Shown here: piece by piece, positions 14,633-27,544 of the stretch | Layout: the number at the start of each line of letters is the position of its first letter | How positions within the stretch are numbered: the stretch's first letter is position 1 | Assembly (NCBI GenBank): GCA_951406725.2 | Contig: OX597830.1 | Location: 44,082,001 to 44,146,000, forward strand | DNA length: 64,000 nucleotides | Reading direction: 5' to 3' | Source of the DNA: Octopus vulgaris | Taxonomy: Eukaryota | Notes under the pieces: model-generated | The model's input: the letters and a program-made list of their open reading frames with translations, nothing else | Told to the model about the DNA's origin: nothing | The model's database searches: none | Position numbers and translations under genes: made by a program

Positions 14633-16099
14633 ATTATAAACACATACATATATGTTTGTGTGTATATATCCATGCCTCACACACATGCAGTCATATACAC
14701 AATACATACATATACACAATACATATTTCCCTATATGCATATATAAATGCATGACACACATGTCGTCATCATCATCATTATCATGCCGTACATACCTGCT
14801 TCCTATGCTAGCATAATTTGGACAATTCAACTCAATAAAATACATCAGCAGACAGTGTTTTGTTCTAGTGTCTCATGTCAACGGCTGCATGCTCTTCTTG
14901 ATACCAACCGTTTTACATAGGGTACTGAATACTTTTCCATGGCACCAGAGCTCTCATAAGGTGGCTCTGAAATTCTCAGGCATAAAGAGTTCCTATGAGA
15001 GCAGGGAAGGTAGGCAGTCCTTTTGAAGCGTTGAGGAGCTTTTTGGCAGTATTACAGAAGGATGAGGTCTGTTGTTATCAGAGGGTTCTCAGTGGAGAAA
15101 ACAAATGGAAACGGTTTTAAAAAAGGGAGCAGTAATAGAGAAAGGTAAAGTGTAAGGTCTGTGTTTTGTGAATGAGTGAATGATAAGCAGGACAGTGAGG
15201 TGGATTGAGTAAGAGGAGAATGAGGGAAACCCTTTGTTTTCTGTGGTTTGGTGGGGTTAGATTTAATGCTACCAGAAAGAGAGATATAGAACATGATGAG
15301 GAGCCAGTGTGTTTACAAGTTTTCATGTCCAAATGGTGAATAGAAAAGTACATCTTTTACTTGATTCTTTCATTAGACTGTGGCCATGCTGGAGCACCAC
15401 TTTGAAAAATTTAAGTTGAATGAATCGACCCTAATACTTATTTTTTTTAACCTGGTACTTATTCTGTCAGTCTCTTTTTGCCAAGCCACTAAGTTATGGG
15501 ATGTAAACACACCAACACAGGCTGTCAAACAGTGGTGGGAGATAGTCACAAAGACACATACACACATGTATATATTAAATATGTACACATATGTATACAA
15601 TGGGCTTCCTTCAATTTCTGTCTACTACCAAATCTACTTACAAGGCTTTGGTTGGCCAAGGCTATAGTAGAAAGTACTGACCCAAGGTGTCACTCATTGG
15701 GACTGAACCTTAAAGCTTGTAGTTGGGAAGTAAACTTCTTACCGCACAACCATCCCTGCACTTATGTGGTAGCAAAAGAATTTGGAGGGTTGGATAAAGT
15801 TTGTTACATTTGTGAGGAGACAGTGATGGATAGATGGCAGTGGTCATAGGTAAATAGAGGGTGAAGGTAGCCAATGGTAAATGAAGAAAAGGATCAGTGA
15901 TAAGAGTGAGGGACTGAGGAGTGGAGGGGAGTACAGAAAGAGTGACGACATATGTGGTGATGGGACCTCACAGTGTACCCACTGAATGCAGCTGGCAACA
16001 CTAAGGTATTCATTTATGAGGCAGAGGTCAAATTGACGGATACTAACCACAACACCAGCATAAAACAACGTGTAAGGCTTGTGGTACAATCCTTCATGT

Positions 16100-16375
16100 G
16101 GACTTAACACAATCTTCATAGACATCACAAATGAAAAACTTGCAAACTATGTATAGTATTTACAAGAGTATCGACCAGTATATAACATCAGCTGGAAGAT
16201 TGTGTAGTGATCTGCCTCCCACCTAAATGCTACCAGAAAAGGTAACTTTTGTACTGTGGAAAAGAGCATAATACTGAGAAAGTTCAGGAAACCAGAAATG
16301 TATCTCATTGCTAAGACAAAAAAATTTTGTCCCCTGCATGCTTGAAAGAAAATTCATTCTTCAGTATTGGCAATC
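16100..16375 (+). mobile_element. Degenerate Penelope-like element GIY-YIG endonuclease C-terminus
   Basis: Translation LANYV*YLQEYRPVYNISWKIV**SASHLNATRKGNFCTVEKSIIL resembles the PLE pattern LSxYIWxLK...YxIxWxI...CNLCxxEK. Confidence 0.6.
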
Positions 16376-16471
16376 TCCTCTATAAGGCTAAAAACCTGGC
16401 CTCTGTATTTTTTTTCCAAAACTGTTCCAATTTTCCTTGTATATGCATGTGTGTGTGTATTTATATATAAT

Positions 16472-16897
16472 AATGGTATTTTTATATAAGCTTAAAGCTT
16501 ATGGTGATCACCGTGCAATGACTAAGGAAAATAGTCTAATAAAGGGGCATATAAGCCCTTGACAGAAAAAAGAAGGCTTTTCTATCTGTGTGGGAGTCAA
16601 ACCCACATCCCTTTGTTAACGTGACCAAGTATGTTACCTTTACACCAGCGAATCAGCCTCCTTCTTTCTGTCAAATTTAAGAACTATTAGTTCATATTTG
16701 TTTTTATATAGACAAACTTTCTATATGATTTCAAACACACTTGGTCGCATTAACAGAGGGATGTGGGTTCGACTCCCACGCGAATAGGAAAGCCTTCTTT
16801 TTTCTGTCGAGGGTTTATATGCCCCTTTATTAGACTATTCTCCTTAGTCATTGCACAGTGATCGCCATAAGCTTTAAGCTTATATAAAAATACCATT
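16472..16897. repeat. Fold-back inverted repeat (~165-bp arms, ~100-bp spacer) containing a tRNA-like module
   Basis: 16472-16635 is the reverse complement of ~16734-16897, differing only by transitions. A direct repeat atatataata flanks the insertion (16463-16472, 16956-16965). Confidence 0.9.
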
Positions 16898-17346
16898 GTA
16901 ATAATTTACAGGATTGCAAATCACAGCACCATAATAAAAAAACATTCACACTGAAATATATAATATGTATGTATGTATTTATGTTGTAAGAATGAGCTAG
17001 TGAGGGAGCGAGAGTAAGTACATATATACATTTTAAGAAAAGCCAAAACAGTCAATACCACCATCACAAACAGTGTGCTGTCCTCTTAATGTGTATCATA
17101 ATTTTATGAACTCTTAAATTTTCTGCATGTATCTATGCCCAGTTCATGAAAGAATTTTAGATAACATCTGGATGTAATGGTTAGTATTTAAAAAAAAACA
17201 TAAAGTCCAAAAGCCCAAACCAGTCTAATGAGAGTCCAGTTTTCTCACACTGGAAAGTCTGATTCAATGAACTGCTAGTAACAGATCTAGACTACTGGCC
17301 CAAATATTAAATGTATTTATTATTCATAATAATAATAATAAATGTG

Positions 17347-17394
<48 letters not shown>

Positions 17395-18461
17395 AACATC
17401 TATTCTGGATTTTAAAAGTTATTAGCTTTTACCGAAATAAAGTTACTACATTCAGGTTTGAAATATCAATAAATTCTATGTTAATCCTAATCAAAATTTA
17501 ATCATCAAAGCTTCTCAAATGATTATCTTATAGCTTTTTGTTATCCTTTTAATCATACTGCTATTAAACCATTTCATAATTTAGCTGCTAATTTATAATC
17601 AGTTCTTAAACTCTCATAAATAGATTCCACACTTCTAAAACTTCTTGAATCTAGTTTTGCTACTTTTAGCATCACAGTTAGCCTCAAAGTTTTGTAGCTC
17701 TCAGATTTGGATTTAGTTCCAACCTAAGCAAGGTCTTGGTTTTGGGGTAATATCCTGACAGCGTATTGCCATTTTTTGTTCATCATACTGTTTTATTAGA
17801 GTAAAGAACTACTTGTGTTAAATTTTTTCCTTGCTATATCATAGTGATGTGCTTTCATTGAAGAGTGGCTTTATTCCTTAACTGCTACATCATCTCCGCA
17901 TGTTATTTCATGTACTTCTTCTTGGTAGTTGTATACAATCATCTTTGAATATTTTGTATAGCCTTCTTACATATTTGGTCATTGTAACAGAAGCAAAAAA
18001 GGGAAATATCTTGGTTACCTAAGATAACAGTGCCAGAAGAAATTATTGAGATCCGTTTATTGGTACAGTTTAAAAATCTACAATAATTTAATTTTTGGTA
18101 ACTGGTACTCTCATGTACACCTACCAGTTTTTAGGAATCTTTTAGTGTATCTGGTTGTTTTTTTCTTGGTATTTGCAGCAAATTTTTAAAGCTAGAAATA
18201 ATAGTCTATTTCCTGTCATGAGGACCTAGTTTAATGACCTATCTCTTTTCACTTGATTGAGCATTTTTTCGGCTAAACACTGTAGTTGTTTAGCTTCAGG
18301 TCTGCCTTGATTTAGCAGACTCATAATTAAAATTGTACTAGCCATGAGCACACATCACATGGACTACATGGTTTAATGTATCTTTCTTTTCTTTAAGGTT
18401 GTTGGGTATAATTTACAAGAGATCTGTTCTGGTCCTGTGATAGTATATAGATGCTCACCCT

Positions 18462-18690
18462 TTAACCCTTTCACATTTAAACCAGCCATATCCAACCCAA
18501 ATATTCTACATATTTTATGTTCAATCTAGCCCGATCAGGATTTTTGCAGCCATCCAACAATGTCATTCTAAAAATAAACAATCATCATCAAAATTTGAAA
18601 GCTGTGAGATAATGCATGGCAAATTCGATAAATTCAATTGAATAAATAAGCATTGCATTTGACAGAATTAGCTGAATACTAAAGGGTTAA
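18462..18690. mobile_element. TTAA-flanked piggyBac-like MITE; relatives at ~29642-30014 (split by a SINE), 45521-45745, 41470-41690, 28718-28944
   Basis: ttaa-ccctt...aaggg-ttaa termini; shared internal sequence among the 18462, 29642 and 45521 copies. Confidence 0.75.
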
Positions 18691-21087
18691 CTCACAGTTT
18701 TTGTTGGCTGTGAGTCATTGGTCTTCATAAATTTTGGTGCATGAAGCTTAATGAAGAATGATTTTCTTTCTTTCAATTTCTTTCCATTTGACTATCTTGA
18801 AGTGATGATTCTCTGACTGAAGTTGAAGAATCTAGTCTTAAAATATATCAAAAGTTTACCTTGTTTCATGGGAGTCTTCAACCCTAAAGTTGGTTTTGCA
18901 TTATATAATTACATTTTTAATAGAAAATGATAACAAATTATCAGGTGTTTACTGAAATAGAACCCTGCTCACCAGTCTTAACAAAATTATGAAAACTGAA
19001 GGAAGGAATAACGAAAATGGCAACAAAATACTCTGAGAATTTCAAAATCAAATTTGTTTTGGTGTAAAAACTTCAATTTTTACAGATTTTAAAACTATTA
19101 TTGTCCCCTTATGTTTTTAGAGAGCATAAGTGCTATTATGTTTGACATATATGACTAGTAGGATCCAATATACCTTTGGCCATCATCATTGGAGAAGTTA
19201 CTGTTCTCACTGCTCAATCAGTGAGTTATATTAACAGAGGATACCTGTTTGTGTGATTGCTAGATGGATAAAATTATTAAGAATTGCTTTGTTCATAGAG
19301 ATAGTATAGTGTTGTTTCAGTGATAAAATGAAAACATTCTTCTTTTTAAAAGTTTATCTCTAACTCTGTTACACCTTCACACACACAAATCACATGTTAT
19401 AAGTAAAATTTAAACTTTGGGACTTTTTATTTATTTATTTATTTATCTTGCTTAATCTGATTTTTCTATCTTTTCTGCTGTCAAAAGGCGCTAAAATTTT
19501 CCTAATTAATATTTCAAGAACTAAATGTTTTGCAAGCTTTTTAAAAAAAATATAATTTCTAATCTAGGTTTTTGTTGACTATTTTAAAGAATAAATTTAT
19601 AAAAAATGTTTCTGTTGACTATTACAAAGAATAATTACATTAATAATAATAATAATAAAAAAATCTTTAATGCATTCTTCATGTGTTGCCATTATGTTGT
19701 AAGATGTTTAAGAATATTGATATAACTTGACTGAAATACATTGTGTGTATGTGTGTATGTGTGTGTGTGTGTGTGAGTGTATTGGATCATATTAATGATA
19801 AATGTTTCTTCACTTATAGGTAAACATATTTTCTAAATCTATAACAATACAGGCCAAATTTAGTTTCCCAATAGCTAAGGATTAGAAATGTAAGGTTTCT
19901 TTTTTTATAAATTTCTTGTTTCTTTTTTCCTAATATATAAATAGGATATTTGAATTAATATATATATATAAAATACAATTAAAACTATTGATATTAAAAT
20001 TTCTCATAGCAAAATTAATGTGTAAGTTCATGTGTTGTATAATACATAATATATTACAGTAGTGTAAATTTGACAAGTTCTGTGTTTAACTGCTACTGTG
20101 GACCCAACCAAAGGAGATACTGGGCCCCAGTGGTCTCACAAATGCTAGATATCTGGAAGCTATCCAGAAGAAACCTCTTCCACCGAGAACTGAATAAAAC
20201 TATTGACCTCTAGTTACATGAGTAGCTGCTTTCTTAACTAGGATTTTACCAGTAAATAAATCCTGATTTTGATGAAAGACTTCATTCCAAAACAGCTTTG
20301 AGTAATTGCATGCAACCCATCAATCAATTTCCCACTGCTTACGCACTCACAAACGAATCAAAAAATATATATGAACTAAACATCATCACATGTGCTAAAC
20401 TCCTAATAATCAACATTATTAAAACACAGAAAGCAGGTTAACTGCTTACAAAACTACAAGCACGAATAAAGGAACTAGTTTCCTAACTAGAACTAGAAGA
20501 CCATGAGCATCGCCTCAGCATACACACTCCTTACATTACTATTAAGGACCACAATGCTTAATTTCTTCTTTAAGCATAAATGTAGGTTAACCCTTCTAAA
20601 ATCAAATTGGGAGTAGTTAATATGTGCATTGTTGAGGCTGTCAACTTCAAAAGTAGGAGCACCACAAAGCTAGAACAATAGAACTGTTGTGCCACCATCA
20701 CTTAGTGTTTTTATGGCACTGAAAAATGAAACTGCCTGCATATTGACCCAGTTTGACATAGTGAACTTTTATCCAACTATATCTAAACTCCACTTCCTGA
20801 AAGTCATGTTCTTTGGAAGAGAATTCACTACAATTAGTGATTGAAACAGTAACATAGTAATGAAAGATCAGAAGTCAGTGTTATAACGTGGCAATGCTAA
20901 CTGGATCAAACTGTTTGATGTTTCTGTGGAGAGTGATGATGGAGTGGAAATGGTTGATTTTTATGGGATTCTTTATTCCTCTGATGGCACCAAATTGTAA
21001 AGAGATGATGACTTAGCAATGTCAATGGACTGATTTAAAAAGGAGTTTGACATGAAGAGTTAAGGATTTTGCTTTAAATATAAATGT

Positions 21088-21290
21088 GCAGGTGGCACAT
21101 AAAAAGCACTATTTGAGTATGGCCATTGCCAGTACCACTGACTGGCACGTACGTAAAAGCACCCACTACACTCTGATCTGCCAGATCAGATTGGAGTTTG
21201 GTGCAGCCATCTGGTTTGCCAGACCGCAGTCAAATCGTCCAACCCATGCTAGCATGGAAAGTGGATGTTAAACGATGATGATGATGATAA
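21088..21290 (+). mobile_element. SINE family B (RTE-type 3' tail, (GAT)n end); ~20 copies in both orientations, e.g. 21820-22062(+), 26556-26840(+), 31862-32275(-), 35488-35625(+), 35668-35930(-), 36105-36325(+), 37018-37160(-), 37255-37510(+), 38755-39110(-), 40222-40440(-), 40575-41260(-), 42143-42287(+)
   Basis: Recurrent ...aggaagggcatccagctgtagaaac...ccaacccatgctagcatggaaag..gacgttaaacgatgatgatg, with a variable number of internal ggcacgtaaaaagcacc units. Confidence 0.9.
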
Positions 21291-23886
21291 TTAGCATTAA
21301 TTCAGTACCAGCCAATAGCATTTGAGAGAAAAACAAAAAAAAAAAGAAAAATAACCTTTTTTCTTTCATCAAATATAAGGGAAAGCATGTTTACTTCTGT
21401 TTGTAGATATTAAATAAAAACAAGTGGAGGGTAAACTAATGGAACATATCAACAAATACTAATTGTGAAGTAATAGAATATATAAACAGCTGACAAAACA
21501 AGTACCAATTGTGACTAATTAGAATCTGCTACTTGGCATTACTGTTCTCACTGCTCAATCAGTGAGTTATATTAATTGGCATTCTAATTATCATTGTCGT
21601 CGTCATCCTCATATGTCTGTTTTCTGTGCTGGCATGGGTTGGACAGTTTGACAGGGCTGCATCAGACTCCAGTTGTCTACTTTGGCAAGGTTTCTTCAGT
21701 TGGATGTCTTTCCTAACACCAACCACTTTACAGAGTGTACTGGGTGCTTTTTACATGGCACCACCAATGCTGTCGTCCTTCTGCCACTAATTATAATACT
21801 GTTGCTTCACTGGCTGCTGTGTTGGTGGCACGTAAAAAGCACCATTCAAGCATGGTTGAAGCCAGTACCACCTGATTAGGCCAGTAGCATGTAAAAAGCG
21901 CCCACTACACTCAGAGTGATTGGTGTTAGGAAGGACATCCAGCTGTAGAAACTCTGCCAGATCAGACTGGAGCCTGGTGCAGCCTTCTAGCTTGCCAGCC
22001 CTCAGTCAAACTGTCCAACCCATGCCAGCATGGAAAGCAGACGTTAAATGACGATGATGATGAATTTAGGCATAGGGCCAGCAATTTTGAGAAGTGTGTG
22101 TGTGTGTGGGGGGAGGATATGTCAACACCATCAGTTCCAATACTTGACTGGTGCAAAATCAACATCAAAAGGTTAAAAGGCAAAAATGTACTTCAGTCAG
22201 ATTTCAATTCTGTAAAGAGCCAGAACATCTACTGCAAGGAATTTTCTTCAATACTCTACTAATTCCATCAACTTGCCACCCTTTACAACCAGATAGTAAA
22301 GAAATAAGTGAATTTCACAAACTCATTTAACATTTTCTTATCCCAATATAGTTGTGTCCTTTGTTATTGTATCTTATCTACATTAGTAGCATTTTACTGT
22401 TGCTTGACTGATTTTATATGAAATTTAGATATGTAGGCCATCGACACAGTGCTGCAGTATCAAGATATAAACAAGATATTCTTTTATCTGTAGGACAACA
22501 CCCAGAATGACCCAGTCAATTTCAACTATCTTCAGTGGCATCGTTTAATTTAGAAACAAGAGTATATCAGTGATTAAATGTCAATTATGCATGTTTATTT
22601 AATTACATATGATTCAAGCTAAATATAAATAGAGAACTCAGTATATGCATTTGAGGTAGTATTTGCTTAAAATAGCTACCTGTGTATCATACTTAATGTA
22701 TACACACTGCTAATTGGCTAGTTACTGCAGTAGTTGTCCTGAGATAACATCTTTTATGGTCACTGCTGGGATGATATTTCATTCCCTTTAACACAGCAAA
22801 TCCATAAGAAATGTTAAATCAGGACAAATACTGCAGTAACTAGCCTATCAGCAATGTATATACATTAAGTATGTAACATAGATAGCTGTATAGCTAGAGA
22901 ATTTTTTTTTACTCTTTTAAATGCTACAAGTTTAAGCATAAACATTTTAATTAGCATAATGCAATTATTGACGAAAATGATCATCACATAATCTAAGAAC
23001 ATTTTAGACTGTATTTCCAGTATAATATTTGGTATAATCTTCCATGTAAGACAAACCATAAATAACTATTTCATTATATCTTAAGATCTGTTTTGATTGT
23101 TAAATAACTTATCACCAGAGATATGATTGAGAATTGTCTAACTGCATTAACTGAAATGGACTTTTCAAGCCATATTTTCGTTGTTCAGTGACTACTATTT
23201 GCCAATGTTCTGACCATCTCCAATTAGTGGCTACTCTGACCATCTATGTTCAGAGCAACCACTGCAGAGAAAAAAAAAAGGATGGCCACCATCATCATTG
23301 CTTTTACGTCAACTTTTCCATGCTTGCATGGCTTAGAGTTTCTTAAAGCAGATTTCATATGGCTGGATACCTTTCCTTTCTCCAACCCTTACCTGTTTCA
23401 TGTTAATGTAATATTTCCCCATAGCCAGACAGGTGCAAAAGAAAATAATACATGTAAATTGTTCTTAAATTGCTGGAGTGGAGTGGGGATGGATGGGACA
23501 TTATTGATACTTTCAATAATTGCACAAGGCTAATTTAAAATTTTCATATTTAAACTTAAATCATTTGAGATTAAAAAAAAGTTATTTTTCTTGTTTTTGC
23601 TCTATTTGAAGTTTGATTTTCAATGAATCCCTATCATCATAATCTCCTTCTTTCTCATTATCAGATGTTCCCATCAATACCAACTACTAATTGCTTTGTT
23701 ATATTAATTGCAAACACAAAATATCAAGTGTTAATTGTTCAGTTATCTTGTATCTTATTCAGTTAGTATGTCCCATTTCATACAGAAATTTGTATAGCAA
23801 TGAACATTTATTATAGATGTCTATAGACAGTTTAAATTCATTTGCTTTGGTTCTGAATAATTTTCTTTTTAATTTCATCTTTCCAG

Positions 23887-24155
23887 ATGTTGATTTCAAA
23901 TCGATAACTTTAGAAGATGATGAGGATGAAGAAGAATACAATAAGAAAATCTTATACCATAACACATTAACCGACCATTCAGATATAGAACACTTGGGTT
24001 ATCCTTTGCTGAACATGGGCAATGAGGAATGTATTTCAATGCCTGGAACACCAGCTAGCAGCACCGAGGATTCTAGTATTGGTAGTCAGTGCAGCTCTCA
24101 TATGTTATTACCCATTCCTTCAGTCGATGATAAAGTCCAAATTGAAAGTGTTTGA
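23887..24155 (+). CDS. Probable terminal coding exon of the same gene, ending ...DDKVQIESV* (class I PDZ-binding-like motif)
   Basis: Long polypyrimidine tract tttcttttt...catctttccag|ATGTTG. A phase-1 join with exon 34-247 gives ...DYDLE-D-VDFKSITLEDDEDEEEYNKK... with matching acidic/Ser-rich composition. Followed by ~1.2 kb of repeat-free AT-rich 3'UTR-like sequence. Confidence 0.75.
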
Positions 24156-25983
24156 AACCAATTGAAAGAAACATTTCTTTCCTTCTTCCTTCTTTAATCA
24201 AATTAGCTGTTTTCAATCTTGCCTCAGATTGGTTAGTATTGACCTTCCAATGTCAGTATTCTTTCAAAGGATACAGTGAGTTATTTAAAGAGAGGGAAAT
24301 AATTTCCAGATACTTATACTGGATGTTTACCAAAACCTGAATGCGCAGCTATTTGCACTGAATTTATATTTTAAAAAGATAATAATTATTATTTACCTGA
24401 GTATCAAATGTATTGTATTTATGTGGAAAATAATATACCCTACTAAGGTACATTCCTTTGTGATAAATGGTGGGTGTGCTATGATGAATTGTTACCAAAA
24501 AGGTGTACTTCAGCTGTTGGTGTCTTCTATGAATATTATTATTATTATATATAGTGTTGGAAATTTTACAAGGAACAAATTTATCGAAAATTTTTATCAA
24601 CGTGATTAATCTTCAGGTAATTAATTGTGATGTTATTATATTCAGTGTGGAGCTGTCCCTCAAAAACAGATGATCATATGACACTTAAAGCAAGAAAGAA
24701 CCAAATGTAAAAACGAAATAACATGAACCAAACTGAAATAGCAGCACAGCACTGTCCTTCAAAATGTTCACTTTCATATGAAGACTTATAGGAAATAAAC
24801 TACGTAAATTGTTTAAACTTTGTTTTGTCATCTTGGAATTTGTAAATTTTATTTCTCTACCAATAAATCTTTATGGAACTGAATCTCCAGCTTTATGGTT
24901 GCTTTCCCCCACATCAAGCTTTACAAAAACTGCTTTTGTAAATGTATTTGTGTTGATTTCTAAAATTAAAGAAACAAATCTGTTATATGCAGGATATTTC
25001 TGTAATATTGATCTGCTATTGATACACAATATTGCATGGCATTATAAAGAAATAAATGTTAAGCATTTTTCATTTACCTTTGATTAGATTTTTGTTGTTT
25101 TGAATTCCATTAAAACCTGTTCCTCGCAGGTTACATTTTTTGATGCATTTTGTTTATTTTGATAGATTCATGTGTAAAGAATTTTCTTTTTATCTTATAT
25201 TGTTTTCAACTGTTTAATTTTTAAAAAAAATATTTGTTTCAAACTGAATAAGTTTGTTACCATTTGTTTAGTTAATTAAGAGTTTTTCATTCACTGCATT
25301 ACTTTAAAAAAATGCTTGGTTCTAAATACCGCTGATTAGAAGCTTTGAGCAACAAATTGGTGTTTGTCTGTTGAATTCTTTCATTATAAAGAAGTAATTA
25401 TTGTCTAGAAAATTGAAGAATTCTAACAAAATCAGCTTTAGATTTGCTTGATAGACTAAAGAAGTCTGAATGTAAATCACTCTTTAAGACCAATCATCAT
25501 CATATGTCCACTGTTCCATGCTTGCATGGATCAGGTGGAGTTTATTGAGGCATATTTTCTGCAGCTGGTTTCTATCCTGTTGCTTGTCCTCACTTGTTTC
25601 CAAGTAAAGTAATATTTCCTAATGGTCAGACATGTTCTCACAGTATATTGGAAATGAATGACACTGCTTGTATGACAGTCACACTCATTTACAACCATGT
25701 CATGATAAGGTGGCACAAAACACTTGCAGTAATCTCTTGATTATTGTGGGTATTACGTTCCACCCACCCCCAAGAAGTAGAAACAGTACTGTACTGTATA
25801 TTTTTGTTTTTATTATTTTTATAATTTGTATATATTTTATTATAAATGCAAAACAACACCATGGAGGAAGTGACATAAGCTTAAATAATAAACCATGATA
25901 GGTGAACTGTGATATGGTGAGGGATTACTGTATGTATTTATGTTGAGTCTGCTATAATGAATTTATAAACACACATAAAACAT

Positions 25984-26021
<38 letters not shown>

Positions 26022-26834
26022 TGGACAGAAACTGAAAGGAACCCATCATCATCATTGTCATCATTAAATAGCCGTTTTCCATGCTGGCATTGGTTGGACA
26101 GTTTTGACAGGAGATGGCAAGGCTGGAGAGCTGCACCAGGCTTTCTTGTCTGCTTTGACATGGTTTCTATGACTGGATGCCTTTCCTAATGCCAACCACT
26201 TCACAGAGTGTACTGGATGCTTTTTACATAGCACCAGCATTCCTCATTATGTGTGTGTTTTCAGGCAGTGTCCTTTGTTTCCAATCTTCTGTGAAAATAT
26301 GTCTGGTCGTGGGGAAATATTGCCTTACCTGGAAACAGGTGAAGGGCATCTGGCTAGAGAAAATCTGCCTCAATAAACTGTGTCTGACTCATGCAAACCT
26401 GGAAAAGCAAGCATTAAAATGATGATAAATCGCTCAAAGTTCTATTTCTCAGGCTTCACATTTAATTGGTTATTGTTAGAGTGTGTATAGCTTGGTATGC
26501 AACTATTTGGGTGACATATCCATGTTTATTGTAGCATCGGCAGTTTATTACTGCATTGGCACGTAAAAAGCACCATCCGACCGTGGCCATTGCCAGCTTC
26601 GTCTGGTCTCCGTGCCAGTGGCACGTAAAAAGCACCATCCGATCGTGGCCGTTTGCCAGCCTCGTCTGGCACCTGTGCCGGTGGCATGTAAAAAGCACTC
26701 ACTACACTCACGGAGTGGTTGGCGTTAGGAAGGGCATCCAGCTGTAGAAACACTGCCAGATCAGACTGGGCCTGGTGCAGCCTTCTGGCTTCCCAGACCC
26801 CAGTTGAACCGTCCAACCCATGCTAGCATGGAAA

Positions 26835-27054
26835 GCAGAAACGTTAGCACGCAGGGCGAAATGCGTAGCCATATTTCGTCTGACGTTACATTCTGAGTTC
26901 AAATTCCGCCGAGGTCGACTTTGCCTTTCATCCTTTCGGGGTCGATAAATTAAGTACCAGTTACGCACTGGGGTCGATGTAACCGACTTAATCCGTTTGT
27001 CTGTCCTTGATTGTCCCCTCTGTGTTTAGCTCCTTGTGGGTAGTAAAGAAATAG
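26835..27054 (+). mobile_element. tRNA-derived SINE (family C) nested in the tail of a family-B SINE
   Basis: gcagaaacgttagcacgc.gggcgaaatgc...gagttcaaattcc...gtagtaaagaaatag; the (GAT)n tail of the host SINE resumes at 27055. Confidence 0.85.
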
Positions 27055-27223
27055 ATGATGATGATGATGATGATTATATATATATTAGTTGGTTCCCATC
27101 ATACTACAACGATCGTCTCAATAAGTTAAGTAATCTGTTTTTATAAATACTTATTTTGAAACTCTGGTGTTTTAATAACTTCTTGAGAAATGTGGCATTT
27201 TTCTTTGTAGAATTAGCCTAGAA

Positions 27224-27544
27224 CAGAGGTTCTCAAACTTTTTGGGCCACTGCCCCCCTCATGGCCACATAATACTCCCAGCACCCCCATCCCTATTTTT
27301 ATGTGTAAATGAATATTTCACATTTTACTAATTTATATATACTATGAATCATTTGATATTTAATATATTATACAATTTGTATACAGTACTACAATATAAT
27401 AAATTCATAGCATCCCCCAATCCACAGCCTTCTTCCCAACACCTTTTTCTCTAACCCCCCCCCCATCCCCTTAGGCACCAGCACTCATCTGGGCCGTCTC
27501 AACACCCACTGAGGGGCGGTAGCACCCACTTTTGAGAACCTATG
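27224..27544. mobile_element. hAT (Charlie-like) MITE
   Basis: TIRs cagaggttctcaaa ... tttgagaacctatg with an 8-bp TSD gcctagaa/gcctagag. Confidence 0.85.

Noticed and set aside
16583-16655. Functional tRNA gene
   Set aside because: No canonical anticodon arm, a B-box mutation in the complete copy, and embedded in a repeat; reported only as tRNA-like.
23817-23886. N-terminal extension of the 112-aa ORF as a standalone gene
   Set aside because: This part is the intronic polypyrimidine tract; coding character begins after the AG at 23886.
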